Source: an uncultured SAR86 cluster bacterium
Lineage (GTDB): Bacteria; Pseudomonadota; Gammaproteobacteria; Magnimaribacterales; D2472
Length of the DNA: 64,000 nucleotides
Assembly: GCA_902509965.1 (NCBI GenBank)
Contig: CABWZP010000003.1
Span: 5,819 to 69,818, forward strand
Direction: 5' to 3'
Under the pieces are notes generated by a model that worked only from the letters and a program-made list of their open reading frames with translations, was not told the DNA's origin and ran no database searches. This document shows positions 10,861 through 21,968 of this stretch, one piece after another (position 1 is the first letter of the stretch; each line of letters begins with the position of its first letter). A program made the translations under genes and the position numbers.

Positions 10861-11238
10861 ATGGCAGTAAAAGGTAAAAAATCAAAAAAAGTTGTTACGG
10901 AAGGCGTTGCGCATATTCAGTCTTCTTTTAACAATACTATTGTTACTATTACAGACAAGCAGGGTAATACTGTTTGTTGGGCAACTTCTGGCGGCTCTGG
11001 TTTTAAAGGGTCAAGAAAAAGCACTCCTTTTGCAGCACAGATAGCTGCTGAAAAAGCAGGAAGTGCAGCAAAAGAATTTGGCATGATTAATTTAGATGTA
11101 AAAGTAAAGGGACCAGGTGGTGGAAGAGAGTCTGCAATAAGATCTCTAAACGCATGTGGATTAAAAATAAAGAGCATAACTGATGTTACGCCTCTTCCTC
11201 ATAATGGATGCAGACCATCCAAGAAAAGAAGGGTTTAA
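10861..11238 (+). CDS. rpsK: 30S ribosomal protein S11
   Basis: [32 protein letters not shown]. Confidence 0.99.
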   Translation: MAVKGKKSKKVVTEGVAHIQSSFNNTIVTITDKQGNTVCWATSGGSGFKGSRKSTPFAAQIAAEKAGSAAKEFGMINLDVKVKGPGGGRESAIRSLNACGLKIKSITDVTPLPHNGCRPSKKRRV

Positions 11239-11248
11239 GGAGATTTAA

Positions 11249-11872
11249 ATGGCAAGATATAGAGGACCATCTTTAAGATTATCGAGAAGAGAAGGCACTG
11301 ACCTATTTCTCAAAAGTGGCGTAAGAGCTATTGAATCAAAATGCAATATGGAATCACCTCCAGGTGCTGCTCAAGGCGCTAGAAGAGGAAGATTATCTGA
11401 TTACGGATTGCAGTTAAGAGAAAAGCAGAAAGTTAGAAGAATGTATGGAGTTCTAGAAAAGCAATTTAGAAATTACTATAAAAAAGCTGCATCAACCAAA
11501 GGAAATACAGGTGAAAACTTATTATCACTATTAGAACAGAGACTTGATAATGTTGTGTATAGACTTGGTTTTGGATGTACTCGAGCAGAGGCAAGGCAAA
11601 TGGTTTCTCATAAAGCATTTACTGTTAATGGAACAACTGTAAATATTCCATCTTATCAAGTTCAAGCAGGAGACGAAATAGCGGTAAGAGAATCAAAAAA
11701 AGGCCATTTAAGAATACATGCTGCTCTTAAATTAGCGGCATCTAGAGAAGTATGTGACTGGGTAGAAGTTGATGATAAGAATTTAAAGGGTGTATTTAGA
11801 AATGTTCCAGATAGAACTGAGCTAAGTACAGAAATTAATGAAAACTTAATTGTTGAGCTTTATTCTAAATAA
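11249..11872 (+). CDS. rpsD: 30S ribosomal protein S4
   Basis: [33 protein letters not shown]. Confidence 0.99.
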   Translation: MARYRGPSLRLSRREGTDLFLKSGVRAIESKCNMESPPGAAQGARRGRLSDYGLQLREKQKVRRMYGVLEKQFRNYYKKAASTKGNTGENLLSLLEQRLDNVVYRLGFGCTRAEARQMVSHKAFTVNGTTVNIPSYQVQAGDEIAVRESKKGHLRIHAALKLAASREVCDWVEVDDKNLKGVFRNVPDRTELSTEINENLIVELYSK

Positions 11873-11902
11873 CAATATTTTTTAAAAGAAAAGAGGGAAA
11901 TT

Positions 11903-12868
11903 ATGCAAACATCAGTAATCGATTTATTAGTACCATCAGATATTCAAGTAGATGATGAGGGAATTAATGTATCCAAGGTAACACTAGAACCGCTAGAAAG
12001 AGGTTTTGGACACACCCTAGGTAATGCATTAAGAAGAATTTTACTATCATCAATGCCAGGAGCAGCTGTTACGGATGCAACCATAGATGGTGTTGCTCAT
12101 GAATACAGTACTATAGAAGGTGTAAGAGAGGATGTTATCGATATTCTCTTAAACCTCAAAGATCTTCCAGTGAAGATAATTGAAGGAACATCAGCAACTT
12201 TGGAATTAGATATAGCTGGACCTTGTGAAGTATCAGCAGCATCTTTTCAGGTTCCAGGTAATGTTGAGCTTGTAGATGCAGATCATCACATAGCTACCAT
12301 TGTTGATAAAGTATCTTTGAAGATGTCTGTTACTGTAAAAACAGGAAGAGGCTATGAACCAGCAGACGCAAGGGATGAGGAAGATACATCAATTGGCGCT
12401 TTAAAAGTAGATGCTTCTTTTAGTCCTGTTAGAAGAGTTGCATATTCAATAGATAATGCAAGATTTGAAAAAAGAACAGACTTAGATAAGCTGATTATAG
12501 AGCTAGAAACGGATGGAACTATTGACCCTAAGATGGCAATTGAACATTGTGCGACTATTCTTCAACAGCAATTAGCTTCATTTGTAGATTTAGATGCTAT
12601 TGCCGAACAAGAAGCTAAGAAAGATCAAAATGATTTTGATCCTTTACTTTTAAGATCGATTGAAGAGCTTGAATTAACAGTAAGATCAACAAACTGTCTA
12701 AAAGCTGAAAGCATTTTCCTTATTGGAGATTTAATTCATAGATCAGAATTTGATTTATTAAAAACCCCAAATCTTGGAAAAAAATCATTAAATGAAATAA
12801 AAGATGTTCTTGCATCTAAAGGCTTATCACTAGGAATGGTGGTAGAGAACTGGCCTCCATTAGGTTAA
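11903..12868 (+). CDS. rpoA: RNA polymerase alpha subunit
   Basis: [36 protein letters not shown]. Confidence 0.99.
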   Translation: MQTSVIDLLVPSDIQVDDEGINVSKVTLEPLERGFGHTLGNALRRILLSSMPGAAVTDATIDGVAHEYSTIEGVREDVIDILLNLKDLPVKIIEGTSATLELDIAGPCEVSAASFQVPGNVELVDADHHIATIVDKVSLKMSVTVKTGRGYEPADARDEEDTSIGALKVDASFSPVRRVAYSIDNARFEKRTDLDKLIIELETDGTIDPKMAIEHCATILQQQLASFVDLDAIAEQEAKKDQNDFDPLLLRSIEELELTVRSTNCLKAESIFLIGDLIHRSEFDLLKTPNLGKKSLNEIKDVLASKGLSLGMVVENWPPLG

Positions 12869-12874
12869 ATAAAT

Positions 12875-13291
12875 ATGCGACATAGAAAAGCAGGTAGAAA
12901 ATTAAATAGAAATTCTTCTCACAGAAAGGCTTTGCTTAAAAACCTTTCCATTGCATTGATTGAAAGAGAAATTATTAGGACAACTCTTGCAAAAGCAAAA
13001 GAGTTAAGGATGACAATTGAACCACTAATAACTCTTGCTAAAGAAGATACTGTTGCAAACAGAAGACTTGCCTTTAATAGATTGAGATCAGATGAAGCAG
13101 TAGGTAAGCTTTTTACTTCTGTTGCTGTTAATGCAAAAGATAGAAAAGGTGGTTATACAAGAATTATCAAAGCTGGATTTAGACCTGGGGATAAAGCTGA
13201 TATGGCTTATATAGAGTTAGTCGATAGAGTTGAAGATTCTGCTAACGATGAATCGTCAACACCAGAACTAAAAGAAGATAGCGCAGCTTAA
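12875..13291 (+). CDS. rplQ: 50S ribosomal protein L17
   Basis: [26 protein letters not shown]. Confidence 0.99.
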   Translation: MRHRKAGRKLNRNSSHRKALLKNLSIALIEREIIRTTLAKAKELRMTIEPLITLAKEDTVANRRLAFNRLRSDEAVGKLFTSVAVNAKDRKGGYTRIIKAGFRPGDKADMAYIELVDRVEDSANDESSTPELKEDSAA

Positions 13292-16114
13292 TTATTTTAA
13301 AATTTCTTTCAGGTACGTTCCTGTATAGGACTCTTTAACCTTTGATACTTCTTCTGGGGTTCCTTCAGCAACGATGGTACCTCCCTCGCTCCCACCTTCT
13401 GGTCCAAGATCAATAACCCAGTCCGCTGTCTTAATGACATCAAGATTATGCTCAATAACTGCAATTGTATTACCTTGAGATTTTAATCTTTCGAGAACCT
13501 TTAATAGTAACTCTATATCTGCAAAATGAAGGCCAGTAGTGGGCTCATCTAATACAAATAGAGTCTTACCTGTACTTCTTTTTGATAACTCTTTAGCAAG
13601 TTTAATTCTTTGAGCTTCACCTCCGGAGAGTGTTATAGCTGACTGCCCTAATGTTATGTAGCCCAAGCCTACATCAGATAATGTTGATAATTTTTTCTTA
13701 ATTGTTGGAATTGCATCAAAAAACTCTAAACCCTCCTCAACTGTCATATTTAAGACTTGGCTAATATTCTTATTTTTAAATTTGATATCTAAAGTTTGCT
13801 CATTATATCTCTGACCATTGCAGACATCACAGAGCACATATACATCTGCAAGAAAATGCATCTCTACTTTAGTAACGCCATCTCCTTGGCAAGCTTCACA
13901 CCTTCCGCCTTTAACATTAAAACTAAATCTACCTGGTTTATATCCTCGTGATTTAGCTTCAACTGACTCAGAGAAAAGATCTCTAATATAAGAAAATAGT
14001 CCAGTATAGGTTGCTGGATTTGATCTAGGAGTTCTTCCTATGGGTGACTGGTCGATACTGATTACCTTATCTAAGTAGTCTAAACCTTCTATTTTTTCAC
14101 AGTTAATCTCTTTTGTTAGCTTTGCTTTATTTAACATAAAGGAAGTTATAGGGAGTAGTGTTTGATTGATTAAGGACGATTTTCCAGATCCTGATACACC
14201 AGTTATACATGTAAATAAACCAATAGGAATATCAACTGTTACATTCTTTAAATTATTTTCAGAAGCATTTATTATAGAGACAAATTCTTTACCTGGTTTA
14301 GTCCGTTTTTTTGGAACAGTTATACCTTTTTTGCCAGATAAGTATTGTCCCGTTATAGATTTTTTATTATTTAATATATCGTCTATAGTGCCAGATGCAC
14401 ATATCTCTCCTCCATGCTTTCCAGCACCAGGTCCAATATCAATTATATGATCTGCACTTCTTATAGCTTCTTCATCATGCTCAACAACTATAACCGTATT
14501 ACCAAGATTTTTTAGATGATTTAGCGTTTTTATCAGCTTAGAATTGTCCCTTTGATGAAGGCCAATAGACGGCTCATCAAGAACATAGGTAACCCCAACT
14601 AATCCAGATCCTATTTGACTAGCAAGCCTTATTCTTTGAGCTTCACCGCCTGATAATGTTTCAGCGCTTCTTTCGAGAGTTAGATAATTTAACCCAACAT
14701 CAGATAAAAAAGACAATCTTTGAACTATTTCCTTTAAAACTCTTTCAGCAATTTTTGCTTTCGAACCAGTTAACTTCATGTTTTTCATAAATGCTAATGC
14801 ATCTGATATTCTTAGATTTGTTATTTCATAAATAGGGGTTTTATTGATATAGACATTTCTTGATTCTTTATTTAATCTAGAACCATTACATTCATCACAA
14901 GAACTTTTAGACATCAATTTAGCAAGATCATCTCTCATATATTCTGAGTCTGTCTCTTTAAATCTTCTTTCAGTATTAGGGATAATTCCTTCAAATCTAT
15001 GCCTTCTAACTATTTTACTTCCACTTCTGAATCTATGAGAAAAATCAATTTGCTCTTTAGATCCCCATAATAAAATTCTTTTTAATTCTTCAGGATACTC
15101 TTTCCAAGAAGTATCAAGACTAAATTTATAATGTTTAGCTAAACATTTAAGTTGATGATAATAAAATCTATTTCTTCTATTCCATTTTTTAATTGCACCA
15201 TTACTAATGGAAACATCTTCATCGGGTATCAACATTTTTTCGTTAAAGTATTGAATAACTCCAAGACCATCACATTTACCACATGCACCAAAAGGATTAT
15301 TAAATGAAAACATTCTTGGCTCTAATTCTGCAATAGAATAGCCACACTGAGAGCATGAAAAATTTGATGAGTGTAACTGATCAACTTTCGCTGAATCAAT
15401 AGATTCAATTTTTACTAAGCCATTTGAAAGCCTTAATGCATTTTCAATCGATTCAGAAAGTCTAATTCTATTTTCATCTGATAGTTTTATTGCAATTCTG
15501 TCTACGACTGCCGATATGTCATGCTTTTTATTTTTTTCAAGGTTAGGAAACTCTTCCATTGGGTACACAACTCCATCAACTTTAACTCTTACATAACCCT
15601 CTTTTCTAAGTTCTTCATATACTCCTAGATGCTCACCCTTTTTTCCTCTTACCAAGGGAGCAAGTATCATGATTTTAGTATTCTCTTCTATGCGATAAAC
15701 TTCATCACAGATTTCTGAGACAGTTTTTGCTCTCAGTTCTTCGTTATGATCAGGGCATTTTGGAGTTCCAATTCTTGCATAAAGCAATCTCAAGTAATCA
15801 TATATTTCAGTAACGGTACCAACTGTGGATCTTGGATTATGAGATGTTGCTTTTTGTTCAATAGAAATAGCAGGTGATAAGCCATCAATTTGGTCAACAT
15901 CTGGTTTTTCCATCAATGATAAAAATTGCCTAGCATAAGTTGAAAGAGATTCTACGTATCTTCTTTGCCCCTCTGCATAAAGAGTATCAAAAGCTAAAGA
16001 GGATTTACCAGAACCTGAGAGACCAGTAATAACAATAATTTTATTCCTTGGAATCTCAAGACTAATGTTCTTTAGATTATGCGTTCTCGCGCCTTTAATA
16101 AAAATACTTTCCAT
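13292..16114 (-). CDS. uvrA: excinuclease ABC subunit A
   Basis: GARTHNLKN, two Walker A motifs ([16 protein letters not shown]), LSGGEAQRI twice, zinc fingers. Confidence 0.99.
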   Translation of the reverse strand: MESIFIKGARTHNLKNISLEIPRNKIIVITGLSGSGKSSLAFDTLYAEGQRRYVESLSTYARQFLSLMEKPDVDQIDGLSPAISIEQKATSHNPRSTVGTVTEIYDYLRLLYARIGTPKCPDHNEELRAKTVSEICDEVYRIEENTKIMILAPLVRGKKGEHLGVYEELRKEGYVRVKVDGVVYPMEEFPNLEKNKKHDISAVVDRIAIKLSDENRIRLSESIENALRLSNGLVKIESIDSAKVDQLHSSNFSCSQCGYSIAELEPRMFSFNNPFGACGKCDGLGVIQYFNEKMLIPDEDVSISNGAIKKWNRRNRFYYHQLKCLAKHYKFSLDTSWKEYPEELKRILLWGSKEQIDFSHRFRSGSKIVRRHRFEGIIPNTERRFKETDSEYMRDDLAKLMSKSSCDECNGSRLNKESRNVYINKTPIYEITNLRISDALAFMKNMKLTGSKAKIAERVLKEIVQRLSFLSDVGLNYLTLERSAETLSGGEAQRIRLASQIGSGLVGVTYVLDEPSIGLHQRDNSKLIKTLNHLKNLGNTVIVVEHDEEAIRSADHIIDIGPGAGKHGGEICASGTIDDILNNKKSITGQYLSGKKGITVPKKRTKPGKEFVSIINASENNLKNVTVDIPIGLFTCITGVSGSGKSSLINQTLLPITSFMLNKAKLTKEINCEKIEGLDYLDKVISIDQSPIGRTPRSNPATYTGLFSYIRDLFSESVEAKSRGYKPGRFSFNVKGGRCEACQGDGVTKVEMHFLADVYVLCDVCNGQRYNEQTLDIKFKNKNISQVLNMTVEEGLEFFDAIPTIKKKLSTLSDVGLGYITLGQSAITLSGGEAQRIKLAKELSKRSTGKTLFVLDEPTTGLHFADIELLLKVLERLKSQGNTIAVIEHNLDVIKTADWVIDLGPEGGSEGGTIVAEGTPEEVSKVKESYTGTYLKEILK

Positions 16115-16184
16115 AAGTAATAAAATACCGGTGATGATTAAATAAATTTAGGTTAAACTTTACTGATTATTATAAGAGGTAATT

Positions 16185-16616
16185 ATGAGCAATGGCGTAA
16201 ATAAAGTGATATTGATAGGCAATCTGGGTCAAAAACCTGAAATGCGATATACAGCAACCAATTCAGCTGTAGCTAATCTTTCAATAGCAACTACAGAATC
16301 ATGGAAAGATAGAGAGTCTGGTGAAATGAGAGACAAAACAGAATGGCACAAAGTCGTTTTTTTTGGCAAGCCTGCTGAAACAATAGAAAAATATCTAGAC
16401 AAAGGTTCTAAAATTTATGTAGAAGGAAAACTTCAAACAAGAAAATGGCAAGATAAAGATGGTAATGATAGATGGACGACTGAAATTGTTGGCAATCAAT
16501 TTAATTTCCTAGACTCTCGCCCAAGCCAAGGTGAATCTTCTATGAACCAGTCTAACCCCAGCTCATTATCACAAGGTGACAACACCGGAATTTCAGAAGA
16601 AGATATACCTTTTTAA
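16185..16616 (+). CDS. ssb: single-stranded DNA-binding protein
   Basis: [16 protein letters not shown]-terminal EEDIPF. Confidence 0.99.
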   Translation: MSNGVNKVILIGNLGQKPEMRYTATNSAVANLSIATTESWKDRESGEMRDKTEWHKVVFFGKPAETIEKYLDKGSKIYVEGKLQTRKWQDKDGNDRWTTEIVGNQFNFLDSRPSQGESSMNQSNPSSLSQGDNTGISEEDIPF

Positions 16617-16628
16617 AAAATTTACCTA

Positions 16629-17501
16629 GTGGAAGATCTTAAGACAATTCATTTTAAAGAAGAAGACTCTATAGGATATATAACTCTAAATCGACCTGAA
16701 AAATTAAACGCATTTAATTTCAGAATGATGTCTGAAATGCTTAGTGTTTTTGATCATATAGATTCTCAAGATTCAATTAAGGCTGTAATTATTACAGGCA
16801 AAGGAAGAGCTTTTTGTGCTGGTGCAGATTTATCTGCAGGAGCAGATACTTTCAATTCAGAGTTTGATACCTCTGCTAAATATGAAGCAGAATTTAGGAG
16901 AGATTCTGGAGGAATACTCACCCTTAGAATGTACAACTGTTTGAAGCCTATTCTTATTGCTTGCAATGGAGATGCGGTAGGTATTGGAGCATCACTTCAA
17001 CTCGCTGCTGATATAAGAGTTGCCTCTTCTTCTTGTAGATTTGGTTTTGTTTTTGCAAAAAGAGGTATTGTTCCTGATGCATGTTCAAGCTGGTTTTTAC
17101 CAAGAATTGTAGGAATATCAAAAGCATTAGAGCTATGTTTTTCTGGAGAATTATTTAGCGCTAAAGATGCCTTAAAATTTGGACTCGTTAACTATTTGTT
17201 TGAGCCATCAGAGTTATTAGATGAAACTAAAAAGATCGCTGAGAAACTCATTTCGAATACTGCACCTGTCTCTGTTGCTCTAACCAGACATATGATTTGG
17301 GATATGTCTTCTGCACCTAGTCCAGAAGACGCTCATGTTATAGATAGTAAAGCAATTGATTCTAGGGGAGCATCTGAGGATGCAGCAGAGGGAGTAATGT
17401 CATTTCTAGAGAAACGTGAAGCAGAGTATGTCAATAAAATCTCTAGTGATATGCCTTCTTTTTTTCCTTGGAGAAGAAGTAAATTCAATAAACTAAAATA
17501 A
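16629..17501 (+). CDS. enoyl-CoA hydratase/isomerase (crotonase) family protein
   Basis: ITLNRPEKLNAF, GRAFCAGADL, GDAVGIGA, EGVMSFLEKR; GTG start. Confidence 0.9.
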   Translation: MEDLKTIHFKEEDSIGYITLNRPEKLNAFNFRMMSEMLSVFDHIDSQDSIKAVIITGKGRAFCAGADLSAGADTFNSEFDTSAKYEAEFRRDSGGILTLRMYNCLKPILIACNGDAVGIGASLQLAADIRVASSSCRFGFVFAKRGIVPDACSSWFLPRIVGISKALELCFSGELFSAKDALKFGLVNYLFEPSELLDETKKIAEKLISNTAPVSVALTRHMIWDMSSAPSPEDAHVIDSKAIDSRGASEDAAEGVMSFLEKREAEYVNKISSDMPSFFPWRRSKFNKLK

Positions 17502-17516
17502 ACTCATATTTGAAAG

Positions 17517-18596
17517 ATGCTCTTTAATCCATATAAATTAAATAATACTTTATTGAGAAATAGAGTTGTAATGGCACCTATGACGCGCAATCAGTCCCCA
17601 GGAGGCATTCCCACCGCTGATGTTGTTAGCTACTATGAAAGGCGATCTAAGGCCAAGGTGGGCCTAATTATCACTGAAGGCGTAGAAGTTAGTCATAAAG
17701 CTTCAAGCGCATATCCTAACGTTCCCAGGCTAGATACGCTTGCTGCTAGAGATGGGTGGAAAAAAGTTGTTGAAGGAATTAAAAATCATAATGGTGCTGT
17801 CGTAGCTCAGCTATGGCATTGTGGAGGCTTTAGAAAAGCTGGAATGGGTCCTGATCCCAAAGTTCCTGGGCATACAGCATCTGGTCTTGTTAGACCTGGT
17901 AAAAGAGTTGCTCATGCAATGACTCCACAAGATATCAATGAAACTATTGAAGCATTTGCATCTGATGCGAAATATTGTGAAGAAATAGGTTTTGATGGAG
18001 TTGAAATTCATGGTGCTCATGGTTATTTAATTGATAATTTTTTTTGGAGAGGCACTAACGAAAGAGAGGATTTATACGGCGGTTCAATTAATAATCGGTC
18101 TCAGTTAGCAACCGATATTGTAAAAGCAATTAGATCAAATGTTAGTGATAACTTTATTGTTGGTTTAAGATTTTCACAATGGAAACAACAAGATTATGAA
18201 GCTAAATTAGCATTGTCTCCAGAAAGTCTTAAAAAGGTCATTGGTCCTCCAACTGAAGCGGGTCTAGATTATCTGCATTCAAGCATGAGAAGATTTTGGG
18301 AGAGCGAGTTTGAGGGTTCAAAAGAAAATCTTGCCTATTGGACCAAGAAACTCACTGGTCTTCCTACAATTAGTGTAGGCAGTGTCGGCCTTGATTCAGA
18401 CTTTATAGACATGAGTGCTCCAGCATCACCTACAAATATAGATATGGCTATTAGAGATATATCTAATAAAAAATACGATATGGTAGCAGTGGGTAGAGCA
18501 CTTTTGGCTGATCATGAATGGGTTATTAAGATGCAAGAAGGAAGAGTTAAAGATGTTATCCCATATACTCAAGAAGCTTTATATAAGCTTTATTAA
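17517..18596 (+). CDS. NADH:flavin oxidoreductase (Old Yellow Enzyme family)
   Basis: NRVVMAPMTR, QLWHCG, GFDGVEIHGAHGYLID, VAVGRALLAD. Confidence 0.92.
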   Translation: MLFNPYKLNNTLLRNRVVMAPMTRNQSPGGIPTADVVSYYERRSKAKVGLIITEGVEVSHKASSAYPNVPRLDTLAARDGWKKVVEGIKNHNGAVVAQLWHCGGFRKAGMGPDPKVPGHTASGLVRPGKRVAHAMTPQDINETIEAFASDAKYCEEIGFDGVEIHGAHGYLIDNFFWRGTNEREDLYGGSINNRSQLATDIVKAIRSNVSDNFIVGLRFSQWKQQDYEAKLALSPESLKKVIGPPTEAGLDYLHSSMRRFWESEFEGSKENLAYWTKKLTGLPTISVGSVGLDSDFIDMSAPASPTNIDMAIRDISNKKYDMVAVGRALLADHEWVIKMQEGRVKDVIPYTQEALYKLY

Positions 18597-19805
18597 TTAA
18601 TATTTACTAAAAATTAAGCTGGCATTAGTTCCACCAAATCCAAAAGAGTTACTCATTACCGAATGGAGCTCTTTTTGAATGGTTTCTTGATTAATATGTA
18701 ATCCACTTGCCTCATCAACAATATCATCAATATTGATTGAAGGAGCTATAAAATTATCTTGCATCATCATTATTGAATAAATTGCTTCTTGAGCACCAGT
18801 AGCACCCAAGGAATGTCCTGTCATTGATTTTGTAGAACTTATAATTGGAGCATCATTACCAAATACACTTTTAATAGCATTTAATTCTGCAATATCACCA
18901 ACAGGAGTGCTTGTGCCATGAGTATTAATATAATCTACCTTTCCCCCGAAAATTTTTAATGCTTCTTGCATACATCTTTTTGCACCTTCTCCTGAAGGAG
19001 CTACCATGTCATATCCATCAGAATTCGCAAAATAACCTGTTAATTCCGCAAGAATATTAGCATTTCTCTTTTTTGCATGCTCTTCACTTTCAAGAATAAC
19101 AATTCCCGCACCACCTGAAATTACAAAGCCATCTCTTTCTTTATCAAATGGCCTTGAAGCAGTTGCTGGCAAATCATTTCTTGAGGATGAAAGTGCTCCC
19201 ATAGCATCAAACATAGAAGAGGATGTCCAATGTTCGTCTTCTGCTCCACCTGCAATGACAATATCTTGTTTTCCGCTTTGAATCAGCTCAGCTGCATGCC
19301 CTATACAATGGGCGCTTGTTGAACAAGCTGAAGATATAGAATAGTTGACTCCCTTAATTTTTAAAGCTGTTCCTAATATTGCTGCAACAGTACTACCCAT
19401 AGTTTTTGTAACAGCATAAGGGCCTATTCTCTTAGGACTTTTTGCTCTAGCAATATCGGAAGCAATAATCTGACTCTGAGACGAGGCCCCTCCAGATCCA
19501 GCAACTATTCCTGTTTTTGGAGAATCTAAATCATCAGCATTTAAACCTGACATTGATATCGCTTCAAGAGCTGCTAGATACCCATAAGCTGCAGCATTGC
19601 TCATGAACCTTAATAATTTCCTATCTATAAAATTTTCAAGCTCTAGATTAATTGATCCAGATACATGACTGCGAAATCCCATATCAGCATAAGTCGCATT
19701 AGTAGAAATGCCAGAGTTTCCCTGTTGTAAAGATTGAATAACTTCAGATTTTGAATTACCTATGCACGAGATAATTCCATAACCAGTGATGACTACCTTT
19801 TTCAT
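18597..19805 (-). CDS. fabB: beta-ketoacyl-ACP synthase I (start moved to ATG 19805)
   Basis: [54 protein letters not shown]; follows fabA. Confidence 0.95.
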   Translation of the reverse strand: MKKVVITGYGIISCIGNSKSEVIQSLQQGNSGISTNATYADMGFRSHVSGSINLELENFIDRKLLRFMSNAAAYGYLAALEAISMSGLNADDLDSPKTGIVAGSGGASSQSQIIASDIARAKSPKRIGPYAVTKTMGSTVAAILGTALKIKGVNYSISSACSTSAHCIGHAAELIQSGKQDIVIAGGAEDEHWTSSSMFDAMGALSSSRNDLPATASRPFDKERDGFVISGGAGIVILESEEHAKKRNANILAELTGYFANSDGYDMVAPSGEGAKRCMQEALKIFGGKVDYINTHGTSTPVGDIAELNAIKSVFGNDAPIISSTKSMTGHSLGATGAQEAIYSIMMMQDNFIAPSINIDDIVDEASGLHINQETIQKELHSVMSNSFGFGGTNASLIFSKY

Positions 19806-19806
19806 C

Positions 19807-20325
19807 TTAAAAATTACTTGTGTCCTTAAAAAGGCCAACTTTTAGATTTTCTGCAGAATAAACATGCCTTTCATCAACAAACATTTTTCCGTTTGCAAGA
19901 CCAACTACAGCACCTCTATTAACTACTCTTTTTATATCTAATTCATACCTAACTTTTTTTGAAGTGGGAAGAACTTGGCCAAAAAATTTAACTTTTTCAG
20001 CGCCTAGCGCTCTTCCTACGCCAGGTAATCCGCTCCAAAGCAAGTAAAAGCCCAGCAACTGCCACATAGCATCAAGCCCTAAGCAACCTGGCATTACAGG
20101 ATCGCCTTTAAAATGGACATCAAAAAACCACAAATCAGGATCTATATCAAGATGAGCAATAATCAAACCTTTGCTAAATTCTCCACTTGAATTATCAATA
20201 AGAGAAATATTATCAAACATTAGCATTTCTCTTGAGGGCAACTTTCCATCATCAGGACCAAATAAATCTCCTTCTGAGCATAGAATTAATTCTTCTTTAG
20301 AATATTTACTTTGAGGTTTAAACAT
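19807..20325 (-). CDS. fabA: 3-hydroxyacyl-ACP dehydratase/isomerase FabA
   Basis: [26 protein letters not shown]. Confidence 0.97.
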   Translation of the reverse strand: MFKPQSKYSKEELILCSEGDLFGPDDGKLPSREMLMFDNISLIDNSSGEFSKGLIIAHLDIDPDLWFFDVHFKGDPVMPGCLGLDAMWQLLGFYLLWSGLPGVGRALGAEKVKFFGQVLPTSKKVRYELDIKRVVNRGAVVGLANGKMFVDERHVYSAENLKVGLFKDTSNF

Positions 20326-21287
20326 TATTTTGTTCTCTCGTATGAAAACTTGCTTAAGTTTAACATCTCTTCTCTTACTTGTTTATTTTCTATTTTATTT
20401 GCTAACTTTTTAGATTTTTGAATGTAATTTAATAATAGTTCTTCTGTTTTATGATTTCCTCCAAGAGCTTCAATTTTTTCAAGAACTATAGATGTATTAT
20501 ATTTAGTTTGAACCCCTAAAAAACTTTGTAAAAATCTCTTATCATTCGTGTCAGCAGCCTTCATCGCAAAATAAAGAGGATATGTTATTTTACCTTCTCT
20601 TAAATCTTGCAAAGTTGGTTTGCCTATATGTTTAGAGCTTTGAGAATAATCCAACATATCATCTTTAATTTGAAATGCTATTCCTAAATTTTTAGCAAAA
20701 CTACTTACATTAGAAATATATTTTTTATCATTCTCATTAACTAAAATGGCTCCACACTTAGCAGAAGCCTCAAAAAGTCTGCCAGTTTTAAAGTAACTTA
20801 TTTGCAAGAGCTCATCTAAAGTTACTTCTTTCTTACCAACTAAATCTAACTGTATAAGTTCACCTTTTGAAATATCATTCGTTGCTTTAGATAATTCGTT
20901 AAGTATTTTTAGGTTCGATAAATCAACCATCAGCATAAATGCTTTTGAATAAATAAAATCTCCCATCAGAACTCCATGAGAATTAGTCCAAAAATTATTG
21001 ATTGTTTTAGCTCCTCTTCTAAGAGGAGATTCATCAACCACATCATCATGCACAAGAGTTGCTGTATGCAAGAGCTCTATAATTGCAGCAATTTGAACTC
21101 TTTTTGAAGTCTTTCTTTTATCTGGAGATGAAGCAATTAGACTTAAAAGTGGTCTCAGCTGCTTTCCATTTTTCTTAAAGATATAATCATATAATTCTTG
21201 TATAACGGTCTCGTTAATAATCTCACTCTTAATAAGTCTATTTACAAGTTGCAGTTCTTTTTTATATGAGTTATTTATTAATTTCAT
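20325..21287 (-). CDS. ispB: octaprenyl/polyprenyl diphosphate synthase (start likely ATG 21287, SD AGGAG)
   Basis: GKQLRP, ELLHTATLVHDDVVDES..RRG, FQIKDDMLD; divergent from rplU. Confidence 0.9.
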   Translation of the reverse strand: MKLINNSYKKELQLVNRLIKSEIINETVIQELYDYIFKKNGKQLRPLLSLIASSPDKRKTSKRVQIAAIIELLHTATLVHDDVVDESPLRRGAKTINNFWTNSHGVLMGDFIYSKAFMLMVDLSNLKILNELSKATNDISKGELIQLDLVGKKEVTLDELLQISYFKTGRLFEASAKCGAILVNENDKKYISNVSSFAKNLGIAFQIKDDMLDYSQSSKHIGKPTLQDLREGKITYPLYFAMKAADTNDKRFLQSFLGVQTKYNTSIVLEKIEALGGNHKTEELLLNYIQKSKKLANKIENKQVREEMLNLSKFSYERTK

Positions 21288-21323
21288 TAGTGCTCCTAAT
21301 TGCATCAAAATTATACATAACTA

Positions 21324-21352
21324 TTGATAAATTCCTCATTAAAGCGTATATT
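21324..21352 (+). promoter_or_regulatory. sigma70 promoter of rplU-rpmA-obgE
   Basis: TTGATA-17 nt-TATATT; a divergent TATAAT for ispB lies at 21315-21310 on the minus strand. Confidence 0.55.
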
Positions 21353-21375
21353 TTGCCACCTTTAGGAATATAAAC

Positions 21376-21696
21376 ATGTATGCAGTAATAGAATCAGGCG
21401 GAAAACAACACAAAATTGAGGAAGGAGAGTATCTTTCAGTTGATTTATTAAGTGATGAGCCTGGAAAAAAAGTTACCTTTGACAATGTTTTGCTCTATGT
21501 TGATGATAAAAACGTTGAGATTGGTCAACCATATTTATCAAATGTTAAAGTTACAGCTGAAATTAAAGATGTTGTTAAGGCTGAAAAGCTTTCCATTTTA
21601 AGATTTAGAAGAAGAAAGCATAGTATGAGAAAGGTCGGGCACAGAGCCAGATATTCTCAAGTAGAAATTAAATCAATTAAATTAGAGAGTAAATAA
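21376..21696 (+). CDS. rplU: 50S ribosomal protein L21
   Basis: [20 protein letters not shown]...GHR. Confidence 0.99.
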   Translation: MYAVIESGGKQHKIEEGEYLSVDLLSDEPGKKVTFDNVLLYVDDKNVEIGQPYLSNVKVTAEIKDVVKAEKLSILRFRRRKHSMRKVGHRARYSQVEIKSIKLESK

Positions 21697-21953
21697 TGGC
21701 ACATAAGAAAGCAGGTGGTTCAAGTAAGAACGGAAGAGATTCCAATGCCAAAAGACTTGGCGTTAAAAGATACGGCGGCCAGCTTGTAAAAGCAGGAGAA
21801 ATTCTTATACGTCAAAGAGGAACGAATACTCATCCAGGAATTAATGTAGGCATTGGTAAAGATGATACTTTATTTGCTAAAGCAGCAGGCGTTGTTCAAT
21901 TTACTTATAAAGGACCTAAAAGCAGAAAGACTGCTAACGTTATTACTCAATAA
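21696..21953 (+). CDS. rpmA: 50S ribosomal protein L27
   Basis: [24 protein letters not shown]. Confidence 0.99.
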   Translation: MAHKKAGGSSKNGRDSNAKRLGVKRYGGQLVKAGEILIRQRGTNTHPGINVGIGKDDTLFAKAAGVVQFTYKGPKSRKTANVITQ

Positions 21954-21968
21954 CAGTTTCTTTTTATC

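Noticed and set aside
16115-16184. LexA (SOS) box between uvrA and ssb
   Set aside because: The closest match, CTGATTATTATAAGAG, lacks the required CAG half-site; no CTGT-N8-ACAG is present.
19806-19838. N-terminal extensions from the ORF track on fabB (also rplW, fabZ, cdsA, grpE, ispB)
   Set aside because: They come from upstream alternative start codons overlapping neighbouring genes or promoters; family-typical N-termini begin at the downstream ATGs.
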